This document shows, in pieces, positions 26,621-32,033 of a stretch of DNA of 32,033 bases. Each line of letters opens with the position of its first letter. The stretch's first letter is position 1. A program made the translations under genes and the position numbers. Under the pieces are notes generated by a model. It did no database searches. It was not told the DNA's origin and saw only the letters and a list, made by a program, of their open reading frames with translations. The stretch covers positions 1 through 32,033 of the forward strand of contig JAYENL010000179.1 of NCBI GenBank assembly GCA_034722055.1, in the 5' to 3' direction. This DNA is from Armatimonadota bacterium (GTDB lineage Bacteria; Armatimonadota; Zipacnadia; Zipacnadales; UBA5352).

Positions 26621-29600
26621 CTACTGGTGGCGGAAGGCGGTCACGTCCACCACGATATCGGCCTCCGCCGCGGCCTCCGAGTCCGGGTCGAAGCAGATGA
26701 CGTCCTCGCCGACGCGGACGGTCCGGTCGTCGGCGCGCACGATCGGCGGGATCTCACCGCCGGGCGGCTGCGGGTAGACCACCGCCAGGAAGGCCCACTG
26801 GGCGGCCGGCTCCGCGGTGCTGATCCACAGGTTGTGGCCCTCGACGATGTCGCCGCGCAGGAACTGGCGCCAGTCCTCGCCGGTGATGGGATTGACGCGG
26901 CCCTGCATGCCCTCGCGGTCGTCAAGCTCCAGCGCGTCAGGCCGGAAGGCATGCTGCAGCCTCACCGGGACGTCGCCCACCGTGTAGTCGATGGCGAAGG
27001 TCTCCGGATTGAAGCTCAGCGGGTTGTCCGGCAGGATGTGCCACAGCCAGGTGTAGGTGGCCGGCTGCGAGCAGCGCAGGTCGTCGAAGATGACGAAGTA
27101 GCGGCCGCGCATGAAGAGTACGTGGCGGATGTAGCTGTCGAGGTAGGGCAGAGCGCGCTCGGTGTAGGGCTCGCGGAGCGGGAGGCTCCAGCGGCTGAAG
27201 CTGCCCGGCTCGTGCGGGTAGCAGAGCGTGGGATCGGCGGCGAAGTAGACGAAGTCATCGCCGCGCGCGTGGCCGCAGATGTGCCCGTAGGTGGGGTGGC
27301 GCATTCCCGCCGGCGGCTGGCCCTGGCCGAGGCCGTCGATGAGCACCACGTTGTGGCTCATGGTGTGATAGGCGTAGGCGTCCTGGTTGGCCGAGGTGCC
27401 GCCGCCGTGGTTGAGCATCTGCCCGTAGGCGTGAAGCTGCACCGAGCCGTCGGAGTTGAAGGAGTGGCTGTAGCCGCCGCGCGGCCGGCACTGCAGGATG
27501 ACGCCGGCGCCCTCGGCGTAGGTGGCCGGGTCGCTGGGCGGGCCGGTGGCGGCCATGGCCCAGCCGCCGATGTCGAACACCTCCACGACCTCGCTCTCGG
27601 GGACCGGCTCCGGCTCCTCGTAGTAGGCCGGCAGGCAGTACTCGATCCACGGGCGGAAGCCGCTGAACAGCTCGCCCCCGTAGCTGTGCCAGTTGTACAG
27701 GAAGCGACCGTCGGTGGTCAGGTAGGCCAGCTTGCGGAAGGTGGCGAGGTGGTTGCCGCGCGAGGCGTTGCGCTGATTCCCCCAGGCGTGGTGGTCCATC
27801 CCGACGGGGATGATGCGCCGCAGCCAGCTTCCGAGGCGAGGGTAGAAGGGGTTGCGCCCCAGGTTGGCCTCCGGCAGGGCGGTATCGAAGTAGAGGGAGG
27901 CGTTGGTCAGCCACTTGTTCTTGGATGAGCCGTAGCCGGCGCCCTCGTTCCACTGCTCGTCGAAGCCGCAGCCGCAGGTGACGCCGATCAGGTAGTTGAG
28001 CATCAGCTCGAACCACTCGCGGCCGATGGCGCTGTGCTCATAGAGCACCAGCCCGCAGACGGCGGTGTCCATGCTGGCCTCGAACTGGTGGCTGCTGATC
28101 TGCCCCGACAGAGAGGTCCCGCGGACCGGCGCGGTGAGCATGTCCACGCTGGTGCGGTAGCGCCCCCGCACGTGGTAGGTGCCGGGCTCGGCCAGCTCCA
28201 GGACCTGGGACCATGAGCCGCGGTCGCCCGAGTCCGGGCAGATCACGCCCACCGCGCCCGAGTCGCCCGTGCCGCCGGTCGCCTCGTAACGCCCCTCACC
28301 GTCGGTGCCGAAGCTGTGGAAGCTCCATGCCGCGGGTCGGGTGCCGTCCTCGGTGGCGGCGAACTCGCCGTTCTGGAGCAGGTTCGGGCCGCCCGGCTCG
28401 CGGCTGACCACGATCTCGTCCCACCACACCTCCCCGGCGGCGTAGTAGTTGAAGGGCTCCACGGTGACGCGCGTGCTGCCGACGGGCGCCTCGGCCCGCC
28501 AGGTGAACTCCTTCCACTCGGCCGTGCGCTGCAGGCGCAGGCGCTGATCGCCGTGCACGTCGATGCACATCGAATCGATGCGCACGCCGACCTCGCCGGG
28601 CGTGACCCGGATGGTGTGCTCGCCGGCCTCGGTCACGGTGATGCGCACACTCGTCTCGCCGCGATCCTGCACGAAGGTCCGCTGCGGCTCGCCGTCATCG
28701 AGCGCCACCAGGAAGGCGTCCTGATCGGGCGCGGGGCCGTGTGCGGCGACAGTCACGACGTAGGGCCCCGGGTCAAGCTCGGCGGTCAGGGCGATGGCCG
28801 CGTCCTCCCCCGCAAGCTCCACGATGCGCCCGCCTGAAGCGTCGGGATCATCGAGCACGCGCGCCGCGCCGGTCAGCTCCAGCTCCTCGGCCTCATGCAG
28901 CGCGGCCTCGCGACCGGCGCGGAAGGTCATGCGCAGCATGGGCCCGCTGGTGCGCCGGCCGCGCCACGCGAAGCTGTTCATGATGTGGTCGATGCGCCAC
29001 TCCAGGGAGGCGATCATGACCTGGCGCTGGGCCTCGGTCATGTCCTCGTAGAGCCAGTCGAAGAGCAGGGCCAGGAACTCGTTGCCCTGAGTGGCGTCCT
29101 CGTTGCCGTCGCCGCCCAGGCCCTCCGGCGACGCCCGCCCGCCGGGCGGATAGCTCGCCCAGGTGACGGCCCGCTCCACCACGCCCGCGTAGCGGTCATC
29201 GCCGGTGATCTTCCACGCGAAGGCCACCATGGCCAGGTCGCGCGCGATGGTGTAGAAGGCCTGCTCCGGCTCCTCGCCGCGATCGGTCTCCGGGAAGTCG
29301 CTCCACCACGGCCTCTCCAGGATGCCGTCGGCGCTTCGGCGGATGTACTGCAGCGCCGCCTGCGAGCCCGGATCCTCCTCGGCCAGCGCCCGGAGGCGGT
29401 CCATCATCTCAGGCCGCAGGAGCACCCGCGGGTGGCCCATGGCCGCCAGGTCCGGCTCAGCCAGCGCGGAGCGATCCCACTCCGCGGCGTCCCGGGCGAT
29501 GGTGAAGCTGCGCGTGTCGCTCCAACCCTCAGCGGCAGTGCCCACGTCGTAGCCCACGCGCCAGTGCCAGGTCTGTCCGGCGTCGAGCGCGGGAAGCGTG

Positions 29601-29920
29601 TTGTAGAAGTTGAAAGGACAGGTCACGTTCACCGCGGGATCTTCGAACTCCGGGTCGGCCGCGATCTGAAGCGTAAACATGTGCAGGGCGTCGCCGAAGT
29701 CCTCCGGGAAGTCGGCGTTGTACGGCCAGGAGATGCGCGGGGGATTGACGCTGACGACCTCGCCGTCGGCCGGCCGCCAGTTGACGTACCGGCACCACAG
29801 GCTGCGGGGGTTGACCGGGACGACGGACTCCGCTCCGATCACGGTAGGCTCACCTCGCGCCACGTCAGCCGCAAGGGCGACCAGAAGAAGCGCTGCTGAC
29901 ACTGCGGCGTACCGGATCAC
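26621..29920 (-). CDS. Secreted heparinase II/III-like polysaccharide lyase with inserted carbohydrate-binding modules
   Basis: Start reassigned to GTG 29920 (GAGGAG upstream). N-terminal PADGEVVSVNPPRISW...LQIAADPEF...WHWRV; HPRVLL; WNEGAGYG; YSHSF; SHNVVLIDGLGQ; RHVLF...YFVIFDDL...TWLWH. Confidence 0.72.
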   Translation of the reverse strand: MIRYAAVSAALLLVALAADVARGEPTVIGAESVVPVNPRSLWCRYVNWRPADGEVVSVNPPRISWPYNADFPEDFGDALHMFTLQIAADPEFEDPAVNVTCPFNFYNTLPALDAGQTWHWRVGYDVGTAAEGWSDTRSFTIARDAAEWDRSALAEPDLAAMGHPRVLLRPEMMDRLRALAEEDPGSQAALQYIRRSADGILERPWWSDFPETDRGEEPEQAFYTIARDLAMVAFAWKITGDDRYAGVVERAVTWASYPPGGRASPEGLGGDGNEDATQGNEFLALLFDWLYEDMTEAQRQVMIASLEWRIDHIMNSFAWRGRRTSGPMLRMTFRAGREAALHEAEELELTGAARVLDDPDASGGRIVELAGEDAAIALTAELDPGPYVVTVAAHGPAPDQDAFLVALDDGEPQRTFVQDRGETSVRITVTEAGEHTIRVTPGEVGVRIDSMCIDVHGDQRLRLQRTAEWKEFTWRAEAPVGSTRVTVEPFNYYAAGEVWWDEIVVSREPGGPNLLQNGEFAATEDGTRPAAWSFHSFGTDGEGRYEATGGTGDSGAVGVICPDSGDRGSWSQVLELAEPGTYHVRGRYRTSVDMLTAPVRGTSLSGQISSHQFEASMDTAVCGLVLYEHSAIGREWFELMLNYLIGVTCGCGFDEQWNEGAGYGSSKNKWLTNASLYFDTALPEANLGRNPFYPRLGSWLRRIIPVGMDHHAWGNQRNASRGNHLATFRKLAYLTTDGRFLYNWHSYGGELFSGFRPWIEYCLPAYYEEPEPVPESEVVEVFDIGGWAMAATGPPSDPATYAEGAGVILQCRPRGGYSHSFNSDGSVQLHAYGQMLNHGGGTSANQDAYAYHTMSHNVVLIDGLGQGQPPAGMRHPTYGHICGHARGDDFVYFAADPTLCYPHEPGSFSRWSLPLREPYTERALPYLDSYIRHVLFMRGRYFVIFDDLRCSQPATYTWLWHILPDNPLSFNPETFAIDYTVGDVPVRLQHAFRPDALELDDREGMQGRVNPITGEDWRQFLRGDIVEGHNLWISTAEPAAQWAFLAVVYPQPPGGEIPPIVRADDRTVRVGEDVICFDPDSEAAAEADIVVDVTAFRHQ

Positions 29921-30050
29921 GGGGCTCCTCCGCCCTTCCTCGGCGCGGCGCCAAACTGGACACGCCACTCGCCGACCGGATCTCGATCGCGATGTGCTGT
30001 GGTTGCATTTCCACCCGTCTGCCGCCACGCCCTTCCGTGTGTGGAACGGA

Positions 30051-30103
30051 TGCGGGCCTTTCTGCCCGCGTCGGGCGTGGGCACGCCCGGCTTCCGTACG
30101 GCA
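30051..30103. repeat. REP-like hairpin repeat, type B
   Basis: 44/53 identical to 18756-18808; stem CGGGCGT/ACGCCCG preserved while the loop differs. Confidence 0.72.
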
Positions 30104-30324
30104 TGGCAAACGGCCGGCGGGTCTAAAGACACCGCCGCTCCGGACGGCAACGGCCGACAGCAAACGAGCGGTGGCACGGTCGTTAGTCGTGAGCTTGAGG
30201 CTTGCAGCTTCTCGCTCGTAGCTCTCATGGAGGGATGACCTGGATGGTGCAGGAAGAATAAGATGAGGAGCGTGCAGAACCGAGCACAGAGGGATCCACA
30301 GTGAGCTCCAGAGCAGGCGCGACG

Positions 30325-31731
30325 ATGAGCAGGCGGGAGGCCATCCGGACGATGGCCGGGGCCGCACTTGGAGGTGTCGCAGCACTCACCATGGCTTCAG
30401 AGACACGCGCGCAGCCCACCGAGCAGGAGCCGCCGAACATCATCTTCATCCTCGCCGACGACCTCGGCTACGGCGACCTGGGCTGCTACGGCCAGCAGAT
30501 CATCCAGACGCCGAACATCGATCGCATGGCGGCGGAGGGCCTTCGGTACACCGACGCCTACGCCGGGAGCACGGTCTGCGCGCCGTCGCGGTGCTGCCTG
30601 ATGACCGGCAGGGACACCGGCCACGCCTACGTGCGCGGGAACGCCCGGGTGCCGCTGCCGCCTGAGGAGCGGACGGTGGCAGAGTACCTGAAGGAGATCG
30701 GCTACGCCACGGGGATCGTGGGCAAGTGGGGGCTGGGCGAGCCGGACACCTACGGCATCCCCAACCGCCACGGCTTCGACTACTGGTTCGGCTACCTCAA
30801 CCAGGGGCGGGCGCACAACTACTACATCGACTACGTGTGGGAGAATGAGGAGAAGTACCCGCTTCCAGGCAACGAGGGCGACGGCCGGGAGACCTACTCC
30901 CATGACGTGATCGTGGAGAAGGGCCTGGACTTCATCCGCCGGCACCGCGGTGAGCCCTTTTTCCTCTACTTCGCGGTGACGCTGCCGCACGCAAACAACG
31001 AGCGCGGCCGGGAGACCGGCGACGGCATGGAGGTGCCCGACTACGGCATCTACGCCGACCGCGACTGGCCCAGCCCGCAGAAGGGCCATGCGGCGATGAT
31101 CAGCCGCCTGGACCGCGACGTGGGGCGCGTGTTGGACCTGCTGGCCGAGCTTGACATCGACCAGAACACGCTGGTCTTCTTCACCTCCGACAACGGTCCG
31201 CATAAGGAGGGCGGCGCCGACCCGGCGTTCTTCAACTCCTGGGGGCCGCTGCGGGGCTACAAGCGCGACCTCTATGAGGGCGGCATCCGGGTGCCGATGA
31301 TCGCCCGCTGGCCGGGCCGCATCGAGGCGGGGACGGAGAGCGCATATCCCTGGGCCTTCTGGGACCTCCCGGCGACCGTCTCGGAGCTGACCGGCTGCGC
31401 CTGCCCTGAGGACATCCAGGGCGTGTCGGTGGCGCCGACGCTGTTCGGCGGCGAGGGCCCTCAGCGAGAGGTCCTCTACTGGGAGTTCCAGGGAGGCGGC
31501 AGGGCCGCCTCTGGGAAGTTCAAGCAGGCGGTGCGCCTCGGGAACATGAAGGCCGTCCGCGAGGGCATGACGCGGCCCACGGAGGTCTACGACCTGGAGC
31601 GCGACATCGGCGAGACCACCGACCTGGCAGAGGAGCGGCCTGAGGTCGTGGCGCACGCCGAGGAGCTCTTCGCACGGTGGCGCACCGAGTCCGAGCACTT
31701 CCCGCGCAGGGACCCGGGGCTGAACCGGTAA
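30325..31731 (+). CDS. Arylsulfatase (formylglycine-dependent, Cys-type) with twin-arginine signal
   Basis: SRREAI Tat motif; PNIIFILADDLGYGDLG; CAPSRCCLMTG (CxPxR); GKWGLG; TSDNG; GYKRDLYEGGIRVP. Alternative start GTG 30301. Confidence 0.93.
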   Translation: MSRREAIRTMAGAALGGVAALTMASETRAQPTEQEPPNIIFILADDLGYGDLGCYGQQIIQTPNIDRMAAEGLRYTDAYAGSTVCAPSRCCLMTGRDTGHAYVRGNARVPLPPEERTVAEYLKEIGYATGIVGKWGLGEPDTYGIPNRHGFDYWFGYLNQGRAHNYYIDYVWENEEKYPLPGNEGDGRETYSHDVIVEKGLDFIRRHRGEPFFLYFAVTLPHANNERGRETGDGMEVPDYGIYADRDWPSPQKGHAAMISRLDRDVGRVLDLLAELDIDQNTLVFFTSDNGPHKEGGADPAFFNSWGPLRGYKRDLYEGGIRVPMIARWPGRIEAGTESAYPWAFWDLPATVSELTGCACPEDIQGVSVAPTLFGGEGPQREVLYWEFQGGGRAASGKFKQAVRLGNMKAVREGMTRPTEVYDLERDIGETTDLAEERPEVVAHAEELFARWRTESEHFPRRDPGLNR

Positions 31732-31910
31732 GGCGCGCGCCGTTCAGCGAAATGACGCGCGACCTTGCCGCGCATTCCCCGGGTGTGGCCTCAGATTGTC
31801 GGTTGGGGGCGAGGACGCCCGCAACCCACCAAGAATGGCTATGCAGTGCTGGGTAGCCGCCCCCACGCTGCGTACCGATGGGCTCGCGCAGTTCCGGCGC
31901 TGCGGGTCAG

Positions 31911-32033
31911 TGTCGTACGGAGGGCTGGCCTGCCTAGGCCAGCCGTCGCGCGAAGCGCGACTGTCGTTCGAGCGCACCCTCAACGGCACGGCATCTTGGG
32001 CCGGCCTCCTCCGGGTGCTTCGCACCCATCGTC
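31911..32033. repeat. Composite REP-like repeat (inverted type B foot plus hairpins, then type A), truncated by the window end
   Basis: TGTCGTACGGAGG plus GCTGGCCT-GCCT-AGGCCAGC; GTCGCGC-GAA-GCGCGAC; 31996-32033 is 36/38 identical to 14278-14315. Confidence 0.75.

Overview
High-GC bacterial chromosomal window. The gene content (secreted proteins ending in FlgD-type Ig domains, sulfatase and lyase repertoire) suggests an Armatimonadota-like organism, which is inference only. Left part (1-10.3 kb): end of a surface-glycan locus (partial glycosyltransferase-like CDS, Wzx-type flippase, convergent sulfotransferase), a lipoprotein, and two adjacent secreted proteins sharing a ~400-aa C-terminal module, one of them a multidomain pectate-lyase-like protein; this part abuts the 3' end of tRNA-Ser(TGA). 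Middle: an SbcD/Mre11 plus SbcC/Rad50(YhaN)-like pair with a hydrophobic hairpin, a Gfo/Idh/MocA oxidoreductase, and an RsmJ-like methyltransferase preceded by two tandem MNT-HEPN cassettes. The cassettes have near-identical borders (MNT 5' half; methyltransferase 5' end) but strongly diverged middles, which is the most striking structure here. Right: a secreted propeller-type protein, a non-pyrrolysine MttB-family methyltransferase, a class I glutamine amidotransferase, an oligogalacturonate-lyase-like propeller, a BNR-repeat protein, a heparinase II/III-like lyase with an apparently permuted, nested CBM insertion, and a Tat-exported sulfatase. Intergenic regions carry a mosaic family of REP-like hairpin repeats. 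No CRISPR array, integrase or transposase was recognised. All family calls come from motif recognition by eye, not database searches.
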